Shown one piece after another: positions 38,571 to 48,188 of a DNA stretch of 64,000 nt. Under the pieces are notes generated by a model. The model searched no databases. It was not told where the DNA came from and saw only the letters and a list, made by a program, of their open reading frames with translations. The DNA is taken from assembly GCA_963850005.1 (NCBI GenBank), contig CAWKJG010000001.1:351523-415522 (forward strand), read 5' to 3'. The position numbers and the translations under genes are program-made. This DNA comes from an uncultured Alphaproteobacteria bacterium. Its GTDB lineage: Bacteria > Pseudomonadota > Alphaproteobacteria > Sphingomonadales > Sphingomonadaceae. How positions within the stretch are numbered: position 1 is the first letter of the stretch; the number at the start of each line of letters is the position of its first letter.

Positions 38571-40609
38571 CAGTCGGGGCTTTTGAGGATTCGGACGCGC
38601 CGGCGGCCGCCCGGAAAGTGTGTGACATTGCTCGGCTCGGCGCGTCGCGGGCCATCGTCGTTCGAAGCCGCGACGCCGCGGTCCCTGCGGCTGTGGATGC
38701 TGCCTGGAGGAGAGGTGGAATAGTCGTCGCCTGCGGGTGCGATGCGGGCCTGGCCGGTGAAGCGGGCCAGCTGTTTCGATGTTTTGCTCTTCCGCTGCCT
38801 GCCGTCTTTGGTCTCGTATTGAGTGACGAGGCCGGCCATCGCTTCCATGAGGCGATCGGGTTCGATGGCGGCGTCTGATCGGGCTCGCTCGAACTTCAGG
38901 ATGGTCAGGTGCTCCCAGAGGGAGAGGCCGTCGGCGTAGGCTCGCCATTTCGGTACTGGGAGGACCTCGAGATAGCGCTCCTCGTGCGGCAGGTAGACGA
39001 AGACGGCGCCGAGGTCCGCTGGGTCGTACCGCACTTCCACCCGCGGCTTTGGACCCGCCTTAGCGAGGAAGGCGCGGGAAGTGAGCTGCGCCGCGAGCTC
39101 TGGGCTGTTGTAGATGATGTACTTGAACCGGACGCCTTCGCGGCTCAGGCTGCATTTGAAGCCGCGGCCGAGGAGGGGTCGGATCTCGTTGATGTCTTCG
39201 AGGGCGTCGACCGGGAAACGCCGAGTGAGCTCGTTCCAGCGTCTCGCGGGGACGTCGCGGATGCCGCTGTGGCGCTTCTGCGCATAGATATCGACGAGAA
39301 AGCGGTGGGTCTGGTGGTAGAGCTCGTCGAGGGTGATGACGGCGTTCTTTTCGGGGTTGTAGTCGTCGCGCTCGACGACGTTGCTGAAGGTGGTGCCGCG
39401 CTGCTCGTGGAGAAGTCGGCTGTTCAGGGTACGGAAGAAGCGTTCGATGGCGCCCTTCCGCTTGGGATCTTTGCGGCCGGCGAATCGAACCCGTGTGATG
39501 CCGAGGCCGTGCGCGATCAGCCGGATGTCATGGCTGAGATTCTCCATGGCGCGATCGAGGAGGAGAGCGCGGGGCACGCCGAACACTGGCCAGTGGTTGT
39601 CGATCTTCCAGTGGCCGATCTCGACCTTCCGCTTGATGTAGGTCTTGGGGAGGATGCCGTTCTTCAGGCATTGGGTGACGCTGAGGATGCTGGGCGGCTC
39701 GAACGTGATGTAGAAGCCGAAGGGCATCCGGGTGCATCGGTCGATGGCGAAGACGATGGTTGGACGGCCGATTGGCAGCCGCAGGCCGTTGGTGACGACG
39801 AAGAGGTCGGCGACGGTGTGGTCGAGTTCGACGAGATCGAGCGGCGCCTTTGGGTCTTTCTGGTGTTCGACATTGTTGTAAAGTTGGGCCGCCGCTGCTT
39901 CGCCGTGCCTGGCCGCGTGGACTTCTCGCTTGTCTCGCATTCCGATGGCGGATGAGATTGCGTCTCGCCCTGGCTTGGGCAGCTTATCATCCTCTGCTCT
40001 ATGCTCGTTCACCTGCCGGATTTCGGTGTGGATGATGGCCTGAAGCGTCGGGATGAAGATGGGCGGCCGCCTCAGATAATGCTGATCGATGGCGCGCTCG
40101 ACGATTTCCCGGACTTCCGGATGGAGTCGGTCCGCACGGTTACCCTTGGCGTGATGCCTGGCGGCCACCCGGCCAAGATGGGGCCGATCTCCAAATTCTG
40201 CGTTCCAGCGCTGGACGCTACGACACGTAGGCGCGGTCGGGTCGCTTATCCGTCTCGCGGTTGCGAGGACGGTGCTCTCCTGCAGCTTGACCGGGCTTCG
40301 GGGGGCGAGCCGGCGGAGGTCTTGTACGTATTCCCATTTGCGCTGCAGCTCGGCGATCTCCTCGGGCGACATATTTGAGAGGTCCGGTACGGGACGAGGT
40401 GCGGTTGTGCCTTTCGACCGGGAAGCCGGGCAGGTGAGGCGGGCGGAACCGTTGGCCACGAGCTCCGCGATCTCCTCGTCGGTGAGGACGAGATGTTCGT
40501 TCGTGCGGTCGTGGACCCAGTCGATCTCGTCGCCGCGCCGCTGCTCGAAGCGATAGTCGCGGCCTTGGTAAATCAGGCGAGTAGCGACGGTGAGGTCGTA
40601 ATGCGTCAT
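38570..40609 (-). CDS. tnsB: TnsB DDE transposase with Mu-transposase C-terminal domain
   Basis: VELDHT..D, GRP.I...ID..TR, LLDRAMEN, KGAIERFF, VRYDPADLG; start MTHYD at 40609. Confidence 0.94.
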   Translation of the reverse strand: MTHYDLTVATRLIYQGRDYRFEQRRGDEIDWVHDRTNEHLVLTDEEIAELVANGSARLTCPASRSKGTTAPRPVPDLSNMSPEEIAELQRKWEYVQDLRRLAPRSPVKLQESTVLATARRISDPTAPTCRSVQRWNAEFGDRPHLGRVAARHHAKGNRADRLHPEVREIVERAIDQHYLRRPPIFIPTLQAIIHTEIRQVNEHRAEDDKLPKPGRDAISSAIGMRDKREVHAARHGEAAAAQLYNNVEHQKDPKAPLDLVELDHTVADLFVVTNGLRLPIGRPTIVFAIDRCTRMPFGFYITFEPPSILSVTQCLKNGILPKTYIKRKVEIGHWKIDNHWPVFGVPRALLLDRAMENLSHDIRLIAHGLGITRVRFAGRKDPKRKGAIERFFRTLNSRLLHEQRGTTFSNVVERDDYNPEKNAVITLDELYHQTHRFLVDIYAQKRHSGIRDVPARRWNELTRRFPVDALEDINEIRPLLGRGFKCSLSREGVRFKYIIYNSPELAAQLTSRAFLAKAGPKPRVEVRYDPADLGAVFVYLPHEERYLEVLPVPKWRAYADGLSLWEHLTILKFERARSDAAIEPDRLMEAMAGLVTQYETKDGRQRKSKTSKQLARFTGQARIAPAGDDYSTSPPGSIHSRRDRGVAASNDDGPRRAEPSNVTHFPGGRRRVRILKSPD

Positions 40610-41352
40610 CGGCGATCCTCGAGGGGAGAGTTGAAGGGAATGAGGCGTGGAAAGGTCACGGATCCGGCCACGTGGATCATGGTCTCGACCGTGACGCCTC
40701 GGGCTATGTCGGCGGTGATTCTTCGCTGGCACAGGAGCGCGAGGAAGGTTTCGAAGGTGGCGCCGTGGGCCCTAGTGCGATCGAGCAGGTCGGAGACCGG
40801 CGCTGGACCGTCTTCGAGGGCCAGGTCAATTCGTGACCAGACATCTTCTTTGACGCGGGTTCGGAAGCGCCTGAAGACGTCGTCGAGATGCTCGTACTCG
40901 GGCTCCTGGATGAGTTCGCTTCGGACAGCGACGCTGTAGCGGTGTCCTCGGTCGTGCAGTGCCTTGGCGATCCACCAGAGGCGTTCTTGCTCGTCCGGCT
41001 CGGCCAGGCTCTTATCCGATTTGACCTCGTGCCACTCGCATTGACCGTCGATCATGATGCAGAAGTCGATGACGGTTCGGCGTGTGCCGGCGGGATGGCG
41101 GTATTTGAGCTCGAGGGGTTGCTCCCAGATCGCCGTGACGCGCGGGTCGAGCTCGGCTCGCATGATGAAAGCGAATTCGCCGTGCAATTCGTGGTCGAGG
41201 CAGCCGCGGTGCCTGAGGCGGCTGGCCACGAAGCCGGTTTCGCGCGTGGCGGACCGGCGGTTTATCTTCCTTAGCGGAGTTTCGCTTGGCAGCAGGTCAA
41301 GGATTTGACGGTCGTCCAACCCGGCTTTCCTCCCAACTAATGCTTTGTGCAT
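40606..41352 (-). CDS. tnsA: TnsA endonuclease
   Basis: HE...E...I..AELDP.V..IWEQP..L.Y, VIDF, EVK; ATGA overlap with tnsB. Confidence 0.88.
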   Translation of the reverse strand: MHKALVGRKAGLDDRQILDLLPSETPLRKINRRSATRETGFVASRLRHRGCLDHELHGEFAFIMRAELDPRVTAIWEQPLELKYRHPAGTRRTVIDFCIMIDGQCEWHEVKSDKSLAEPDEQERLWWIAKALHDRGHRYSVAVRSELIQEPEYEHLDDVFRRFRTRVKEDVWSRIDLALEDGPAPVSDLLDRTRAHGATFETFLALLCQRRITADIARGVTVETMIHVAGSVTFPRLIPFNSPLEDRR

Positions 41353-41557
41353 AGTTGCTGGAATAGTCGGGTATCGCCGTGCCGGTTAATTTCCTGTTCT
41401 ATACGTTAGAGAAAGTACGAGTCTTACTTGTGCACTGCGGCTATATTAATGCCGTAATGTGAATTGCAAGCTAGACTACAAGTGGCATTGATTCCGTGGT
41501 GATGGCTTGTCGAGCGTCCTGGCGGCCGATCAGCAGTTTTGGCCGGAAACGCGAAAA

Positions 41558-44500
41558 TCAGCCTTCCGCCCCAGCGATCCGACGCCTCCTCGGTAGGACC
41601 TGCGACCGCCGGCGGACACGTGGCCTGCGGAACGTCTGGGCGTTCTCACGGAAGCGGCCGTCTATTTGGTCGAGTGTCTGCCTTGCCTCGTAGGCGTCGA
41701 TGTCAATCAGTTGTTCGAACAGCTCCAAGCCGACATCGCGCGTGTCCGGTCCGAGCCGGTGCAGGGTCACCGCCAGATCGACCAATGGCGAGGTCGCCCT
41801 AGCCGTGGCCGTACGCATGTCCGCCAGCTCTCCTTTCCACTTCTCGGTCAGCACCACAGCGATCTCACCGACGATTACCGCCTCGTGAGGCAGGAGGGTC
41901 GCCAGCGCGTCGATGACGAAGGTCGGATCGATTGACCCTGACCGGTGCACGCCGTTCGCTACCGCCCGCAGAAATGCGACCGTTCCCTCGTCGGGCACCA
42001 GCCGGTCTACGAGGCGGAAGAACTCGAAAGCGGCCGGCCAGACCGCAGGATTCGGTAGGGCGAGCAACGCCACGAGCGCCCGCGCCGCCTCGACCCGGCG
42101 ATCCGGTTCCTCGGCGAGAAGGTGCGCGGCCGTCAACGCGGCGCCGACCTGGGCCGCCGGCGAGCCGCCGCCCCCGATGAGTTCGTCGAGACGGCGGTGG
42201 GACTCCTCGCGCTCCGGATGGAGGATAGCGTCCAAAGCCGCGATTTCCCCGTAGGCCTGTCTAGCCAGGACTTCTCGGCTGTCTTTCCACGCGTCGAGGT
42301 GGCGTTCCACTATCCGGTGGTGCGCCTCCTGTGCATCGGCAAGGAATTGCGCAAATGCCTTACTGCCCACCACGCCTGGGACCGTGGTCAGCACCGCCTC
42401 GATCAGCGCGTCGCCGGCTCCCGCCGCCGCGCCCCCAATCTGCAGGAAGTAGCGCGACAGCACTTCCCATTGACGTATGCCTTTCTCCCGCTCCAGGAAG
42501 CGGGACATCGTCTCCACCGCCTCCTCGGCCTCGCTGCGCAGGAGCCTGATGTGCACGAGCGCATCCACCACCGGCAGGTCCCGCCCCGGGTAGCCGCCGC
42601 CAATTCCCCCATAGCCCCAGAGCGGGCTGCTTTCGATGTCGGGCTCTTCCCCCTCGGCCGCCTCGGCCTCGAGTTCGGCCGATCCCGCGTCGTCACTCGT
42701 CGTCTCCTCGTCTTGCGAATCTTCCTCGTCGTCTCCCGAGGCGAGCGGGGCATCCAGCCAACTTTCGAGCTGGGCGATGAGGTCGTTCGGCACCGGCGCG
42801 CCGCGACGCGCCAACCGCTCGAACGCGCTGGCCACCGACCGGCGGAACTCCTCGCTGTCGAAATTTCGGGCGGTTACGTCGCGGGCGAGCTGGGCGACCG
42901 TCTCCGGATCGCCAGCTTCGGCCAGCGCGTCAATCGTATAGGCGGCGGCGCGCACGCCGTTGGATGCGTCAAGCCTACTGAGGATTCGCACTGCGCGAGC
43001 GGGGTCCGTCTTGGCGAAGTCGGCGAAGGCGCGCGCCAGCTGCACATTGCCGCCCGCCATCCGCCTCCGCGGATGGTCCCAGCCAACCGCATCGGGTAGT
43101 TCCACGAACGCGTTCACGATGTCGTCGTCACTCGCCCGGGACATTTGTCCGGCCTCGATGATGGAGCCGACCGCGACTGGCCCGCTAAACGTCACCCCAC
43201 GCCGCCCGGTGCCGAAGCGTCGTTCGTCCTCCTGCACCTGCCGCTCCGCCGCCGAGGAGCGCTGGTGCTTGGGGAGCGCCCGGAGCAATTCGAGTTGCGT
43301 ATGCCGAATCATGTGGCGCCAGCGCATCCGGTCCTTCGGGTCGGTCTTCTCGTCCGGCGCGGGTATAGCGAATGCGCGCACGCGGGCCTCGAAAGCTTCG
43401 ACCTGCGCCGGGGACCAGAAGGGGCTGACCGCGGACACCATCCGCTTGATCGTGCCGTGCATGTCGTGGATGGAACCCAAGAAGTAGCGCCGCTCGTCGC
43501 CGAGCGCGAACGCAAGTCCGTCGGCGGCGAAGGTCTCCGGGCGGTGTGCGATGCCATGGGCGATGAGACGCTGAATCGGAGTTAGCGCGATTCCGTCATT
43601 CTGGGCGGCCCAGCGGCGGAACGCCTCGGGGTCGCGGTCCGCCATGCCTTCTACCGCCACGCGCAGCGCTCCCAGGACGGCGCCCTCGGACAGCCCCAGA
43701 TTGTTCTCGCGGTCGAACCGGAAGTCGGCCTCATGAGCGAGCGCGTAGCCAAAATATCTGTCGCCAGCTGTGGATCGCTCCAGCTCCGCGAGAGCTCTCG
43801 TGAACCATGGCCACAGCGCGTCGATCAGCTCCCTGGGCCAAGCCTCGGCAATGCCTGCCAGACTGTCCCACTCGTCACCGCGCTCGACCATGTTCCGGAC
43901 AGGGTTGCGGACCCGGTCCAGAAGCCTGCGCTCTACCTCCTTCCCGCTACCCTCTGCCCCGTCCGCACGAGCCTCCTCCGCAGTCTGTCTCTCCTCGGCG
44001 GCGCGGTCCAGGTCCCTGTCGAGCTTGGTCCGCACCAGTCGAAGCGCGGCCTCGGGATGGTCGACGGCGGCGGTAGCTGCCTGGTGGTCGATCGTGGGGA
44101 CCGCGAGGTCGGTGCGCGCTATCGCCGTGGTCGCGATGGCCAGCGCGTCGTCGGTCCAGGGGGATGACCACTGGATCACGGCCCAAGTCCGCACGTCGTT
44201 CCCCGGGTCCGGCAGCCAGCGTTCACGGATGAGTTCGGCCACCTTGGCCGGCGCGGTTCGCAGCGCCTCGGTGAGCACCGCGATCTGAGCGTTCGCGAGT
44301 CGCTCCTCCCCGATCATTGCCCCGGCCACGTGGGTGTCGGCGAGCCGCGCGAACCAGCCGGCGCTGCCGGTCACTGCCTTGTAGCCGCGCAGCCGCGTCG
44401 CATCCCCGGCCAGCGCCGCGTCCATAAGGATGGCCTCGCGGTCGGTCGGGTCGCTCTGGGACCCGAGGAAATCGATGAGCAGGGCGCGCAGGTGCGGCCG

Positions 44501-46705
44501 GAGGTCGAGACGCCAGACGGCCTCCAACTCGCCATGGTATAGGTCCCGGTCGGCGCTGCGCAGGTAGGTGAGGGCTGCCCAGAGCTTGGGCCGCAGGAAG
44601 AGGGACGATTGGCGGTCGCTTGCGAGGCGGGATAGTCGGCCCGGCTCGCGGGCTTGGCTGCGCGCAAGGGCAAACTCGAACAGCGTCTGGTGCGAGAAGC
44701 CAACACTAGCATCTACCGTCTTTAGAATTCCGGCGGCGACAAGGGCGTCGAGCTCAGCCGATCGATCGGCGAAGCGCGCCTTCGCCAGCCAGAGGCTCTC
44801 CTGCTCTGCCATGGCGTCGGCCACGTCGGACGCCAGGAGGTCCAGCGCGCCGCCGTGCCCGCCGACTAGCACGCGCTCCGTCCAAAGCCGTTCGAGCATC
44901 ATTTGATAGCTTGCGAAGGGTTGCCCGTCGGGGAGGCCGCCGAGCTGGAGGTAGGTGGCGAGCGCCTGCGGGATTCGCATGACTTGCTGGGCGTCGGCCG
45001 GCCAGCCAGCGGCCGCAACGCCGTGGGCCTCGAGCACGGCCAGCACGTCACTCCAGGGCGGCAGCTCGAGTTCCAGGCTCTCCGCGCCGGCGCCGCGAAG
45101 GCGGACGTCGTGCTGGAACTCGAATGGACGGGACGAGAGCACGACGTGGACGTTGTCGGTCCCTCCGACCGCCCGCACGAGGTTGAGCAGCACGCTTAGC
45201 CGCATCGTCTTGATATCGAGATAACCGGCAAGGGCATCGAGTTGATCTATTATCAGCAACACGGGGCCGAATTTTGCTAGTTCGCGCAGCGTGTCGGAGG
45301 GAGGCCGCTTCAGCCCCAGCCTCTCGCGTAGCATGTCTTCGCTCACAACATCCGGTTCGATGACGTCGGCCTTGATGGCTAGGACTGGCCAGCCTGCGTC
45401 CATGTAGGACCGGGCGAGTGTCGCTAGCAGTGCCGACTTTCCCGAGCCCGCCGCCCCAATAACCGCCGTCGTCGAGGAGACGCTGTCGGAGATTCGCTCC
45501 ACGAGCCGCGCCAGCTCAGGTCGCTCCAGCCACTCGCCGTCCGGCAGCGACGTGGGCCAGGCGAGCAGCTCTACCGACGCCGCGGTGAGTTCGCGGACGC
45601 GTTCCTCGCGCAACTCGTAGAACTCGATCGGGACGATGCCGACGAGCTCGGCATCGGCCAGCTTAAGCAACTGCTCGCGCAGGCCTTTCGGGTCCGCCCG
45701 CGCCAGGGCACCGTCGGGATCGGATACGAACAGCAGAAGCGAGCCGGCGCGGGCCTCGACGATGGAGATGCGGCCGTTCCCGGCGGCGCTCCGGATGGCG
45801 TGCTGCAGGCGGTCCAGCCCCTCAGCGTCGTCGGCCTGGATGTTCACGGAAAGGTTCAAGACGAAGGACACTTCTACTTTCAGCGCCACCGATCCGCCGC
45901 CGTCCGGGGCATCACTGCCAACCCCAGGGGCGCCGGTGTCCGGATGAGGGTCGAGGCGCTCACGCCACTCGACGATGAACTGTCGCAGCAGGCGGTGCTG
46001 GAGTGCCTCCTCGTCCGCGATCTTAGCGATCGAGAAGTGGTCCGAGTCCGGGATCTTGATCGGATCGCCGAAATAGCGAGCCCCCGAGAACGGTTCGACC
46101 ACCTGCCTGAGGCACCACCGCTTGAGAACGACGAATTGGTCCTCGACCAGCTCTTTGCCGGTGAGCCGCAGCCGCCGCTGCTCTTTCATGTTCAGGAAGT
46201 CCCGGTCGAGGTCGTTCAGCCATGTGTTGGATTGCGAGAACCGCAGCGCGTCCGCTTGCGAGTGGCTGAGCCGGCGTGCGAGCGGCGTCAGCCAGTTCGC
46301 GTAGCTGGAGCCTAGAGACGGGGAGGCGACGAGGAAGAGCGCGACCGGGATGTCGCGCTCAGTCAGCTCGGCCGCGCGGGTAACTAGGTATCGGCGGACC
46401 AGGATGCCGCCCATGCTATGGCAGACGAATACGACGCCGCCGGGGGTGACGATCTTCTCGAAGTTGAGATGCTCCTTTAGCGCGTCGACCGCGTCGCTAA
46501 GGTGGTAGTTTCCAGAGAAGAAGCCCGTCTTGTAGGAGAAGACGTAGACGCCGACGTCGGTCAGCGCCAAGTCCTCGGCGACGATGGTGGGCCAGAAGCT
46601 GCCCTCGGGGTGCAGCCAGCACGTTTCCCCCTCCGAGAGCACGCCGTGGACGAACACCACAACCGGCGCGCCCTCGGCGGCATGCCTCACCCACACCCCG
46701 GTCAT
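41558..46705 (-). CDS. alpha/beta-hydrolase (lipase-like) fused STAND ATPase, Avs-like (~1715 aa)
   Basis: VFVHG, FWP, VFVCHSMGG nucleophile elbow, DHFSIAK; Walker A GAAGSGKS, Walker B LLIIDQLDAL, FSHQTLFEF; long helical C-terminus; start MTGVW at 46705. Confidence 0.85.
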   Translation of the reverse strand: MTGVWVRHAAEGAPVVVFVHGVLSEGETCWLHPEGSFWPTIVAEDLALTDVGVYVFSYKTGFFSGNYHLSDAVDALKEHLNFEKIVTPGGVVFVCHSMGGILVRRYLVTRAAELTERDIPVALFLVASPSLGSSYANWLTPLARRLSHSQADALRFSQSNTWLNDLDRDFLNMKEQRRLRLTGKELVEDQFVVLKRWCLRQVVEPFSGARYFGDPIKIPDSDHFSIAKIADEEALQHRLLRQFIVEWRERLDPHPDTGAPGVGSDAPDGGGSVALKVEVSFVLNLSVNIQADDAEGLDRLQHAIRSAAGNGRISIVEARAGSLLLFVSDPDGALARADPKGLREQLLKLADAELVGIVPIEFYELREERVRELTAASVELLAWPTSLPDGEWLERPELARLVERISDSVSSTTAVIGAAGSGKSALLATLARSYMDAGWPVLAIKADVIEPDVVSEDMLRERLGLKRPPSDTLRELAKFGPVLLIIDQLDALAGYLDIKTMRLSVLLNLVRAVGGTDNVHVVLSSRPFEFQHDVRLRGAGAESLELELPPWSDVLAVLEAHGVAAAGWPADAQQVMRIPQALATYLQLGGLPDGQPFASYQMMLERLWTERVLVGGHGGALDLLASDVADAMAEQESLWLAKARFADRSAELDALVAAGILKTVDASVGFSHQTLFEFALARSQAREPGRLSRLASDRQSSLFLRPKLWAALTYLRSADRDLYHGELEAVWRLDLRPHLRALLIDFLGSQSDPTDREAILMDAALAGDATRLRGYKAVTGSAGWFARLADTHVAGAMIGEERLANAQIAVLTEALRTAPAKVAELIRERWLPDPGNDVRTWAVIQWSSPWTDDALAIATTAIARTDLAVPTIDHQAATAAVDHPEAALRLVRTKLDRDLDRAAEERQTAEEARADGAEGSGKEVERRLLDRVRNPVRNMVERGDEWDSLAGIAEAWPRELIDALWPWFTRALAELERSTAGDRYFGYALAHEADFRFDRENNLGLSEGAVLGALRVAVEGMADRDPEAFRRWAAQNDGIALTPIQRLIAHGIAHRPETFAADGLAFALGDERRYFLGSIHDMHGTIKRMVSAVSPFWSPAQVEAFEARVRAFAIPAPDEKTDPKDRMRWRHMIRHTQLELLRALPKHQRSSAAERQVQEDERRFGTGRRGVTFSGPVAVGSIIEAGQMSRASDDDIVNAFVELPDAVGWDHPRRRMAGGNVQLARAFADFAKTDPARAVRILSRLDASNGVRAAAYTIDALAEAGDPETVAQLARDVTARNFDSEEFRRSVASAFERLARRGAPVPNDLIAQLESWLDAPLASGDDEEDSQDEETTSDDAGSAELEAEAAEGEEPDIESSPLWGYGGIGGGYPGRDLPVVDALVHIRLLRSEAEEAVETMSRFLEREKGIRQWEVLSRYFLQIGGAAAGAGDALIEAVLTTVPGVVGSKAFAQFLADAQEAHHRIVERHLDAWKDSREVLARQAYGEIAALDAILHPEREESHRRLDELIGGGGSPAAQVGAALTAAHLLAEEPDRRVEAARALVALLALPNPAVWPAAFEFFRLVDRLVPDEGTVAFLRAVANGVHRSGSIDPTFVIDALATLLPHEAVIVGEIAVVLTEKWKGELADMRTATARATSPLVDLAVTLHRLGPDTRDVGLELFEQLIDIDAYEARQTLDQIDGRFRENAQTFRRPRVRRRSQVLPRRRRIAGAEG

Positions 46706-47154
46706 CGGAAGTGTCCCGGACTTCGGTGCCAACGCGGTCCGCGCGTTGGGCGGAGACCGAAGGAAAAGGAGGTCTGCTGCGTAGGATCCATCGGATTGCT
46801 GATGGCACCGGAACGCCGCGGGTTGAAGGCTGAAACGGCTCAGACCCCCCAAGAAAGCTCCGCGCCTGACACGCCCCGACCCGGGCGTTATGGCGACCGA
46901 TGCCGCGGGGGGCGAGGATGCCGTGCAAGGACTACGGTAACCCTATCCTTCGGTCGGCTAGGTCCCAAACCTCGCCGTCGCGCGCGGTCACGTGACCGAC
47001 GCCCGAAACTGAGAAGTCGAGAGGCGGCCGCTCGTCGCGATTCGTTTCGTTGATTAAGACCTGGCTTTAAGCAACCTCGACGGTGAGATTCGCACGGGGC
47101 TTGCAATGAAAGGCGCCTAAAGCGGCCACCTCCCGGGCGGTCCCATATTGCCTC

Positions 47155-47202
47155 GTTGACAGCTTATGCCCCCACCGTGGACAACTTATGCCCGGTTTTA
47201 CA
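47155..47202 (-). repeat. transposon right end with closely packed TnsB-type sites
   Basis: Minus strand: TGTAAAAC-CG-GGCATAAGTTGTCC...GGGCATAAGCTGTCA; same TGT-to-CATAAG spacing as the left end. Confidence 0.88.
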
Positions 47203-47207
47203 GCACG
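47203..47207 (+). repeat. target-site duplication GCACG (right copy)
   Basis: GCACG immediately after ACA; identical to 14360-14364. Confidence 0.9.
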
Positions 47208-47230
47208 TGCTGATCGCCGGCAAAGGCGAG

Positions 47231-47305
47231 TGGCTCCCCGGGACGGATTCGAACCATCGGCCATCCGATTAACAGTCGGATGCTCTACCGCTGAGCTACC
47301 GGGGA
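47231..47305 (-). tRNA. tRNA-Asn (GTT)
   Basis: TCCCCGGTAGCTCAGCGGTAGAGCATCCGACTGTTAATCGGATGGCCGATGGTTCGAATCCGTCCCGGGGAGCCA: cloverleaf, GTT anticodon, encoded CCA. Confidence 0.97.
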
Positions 47306-47372
47306 GCAGCCTCTCGGGCGAGGCGCGCCTATAGCAGCGGGTTTCTCGAACTGGCAAGGGCCTGCTCGGGCC

Positions 47373-48155
47373 TCAGACGGCGAATTGCTCCATCGAGATG
47401 CGCTCGTCGAGCGCGTGCTCGGGGTCGAAGAGGAGGGTGAGGGCCCGGCGGCGGTCGACGCAGACCTCGACCGTGGCGACGTCGCGGACCTCGCGCTGGT
47501 CGGCGACGGCGGAGACCGGGCGCTTTTCCGGGTGGAGGACCCGGAACAGGATCTTGAGGTCGTCGGGCACCAGCGCGCCGCGCCAGCGCCGCGGCCGGAA
47601 CGGGCTGATCGGGGTCAGAGCGACGAGGTTGGCGCCGAGCGGGAGGATCGGGCCCTGGGCGGAGAAATTGTAGGCGGTGGAGCCGGCCGGAGTGGCCACC
47701 AGAACGCCGTCGCAGACCAGTTCGGGAAGGACGGTGCGGCCGTTGACCGAAACCTCAATTCGGGCGGTCTGGCGGGTCTCGCGAAGCAGCGACACTTCGT
47801 TGATCGCCGGGCTCGTGACCGTCGCGCCGGAGACGGTCACCGCCTCCATCAGGAGCGGCGCCACCGACACCGCCTTGGCGCGGTTGACGCGTTCGCGAAG
47901 CCCCTCGATCCGCCACTCGTTCATCAGGAAGCCGACCGTGCCCCGGTTCATCCCGAAGATGGGCAGGGTCCGCCCCGCGTTGAGCATTTCGTGAAAAGTC
48001 TGCAGAAGGAAGCCGTCGCCGCCGAGCGCGATCACCTGCTCGGCCTCTTCCAGGGGCACGAAGTCGTAGGCGTCGCGAAGCAATGCCTCGGCCGCAAGCG
48101 CCGCCTCGGCGGGGGAAGCGAGCAAAGCGGTGGGTCGGTCGGCATTGGCCGTCAT
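47373..48155 (-). CDS. nadK: NAD kinase
   Basis: ALGGDGFLL, GMNRGTVGFLMN, AINEVSLLR, CDGVLVATPAGSTAYNFSA.GPI. Confidence 0.96.
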   Translation of the reverse strand: MTANADRPTALLASPAEAALAAEALLRDAYDFVPLEEAEQVIALGGDGFLLQTFHEMLNAGRTLPIFGMNRGTVGFLMNEWRIEGLRERVNRAKAVSVAPLLMEAVTVSGATVTSPAINEVSLLRETRQTARIEVSVNGRTVLPELVCDGVLVATPAGSTAYNFSAQGPILPLGANLVALTPISPFRPRRWRGALVPDDLKILFRVLHPEKRPVSAVADQREVRDVATVEVCVDRRRALTLLFDPEHALDERISMEQFAV

Positions 48156-48188
48156 GACCAGCTTGCTAGCGGTGATGCACCGTTGACG

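Larger units (their letters stand above)
14365..47202 (-). mobile_element. Tn7-like transposon (tnsABC + tniQ/tnsD), 32,838 bp, inserted downstream of tRNA-Asn; defence-island cargo
   Basis: TGT at 14365 and ACA ending at 47202, 5-bp TSD, conserved end motifs, complete tns operon, visibly lower-GC cargo. Confidence 0.92.

Noticed and set aside
14365-47202. CRISPR-associated transposon (CAST)
   Set aside because: No Cas5/6/7/8/12k-like ORF and no repeat-spacer array found in the intergenic gaps (33435-34020, 41353-41557, 46706-47155)
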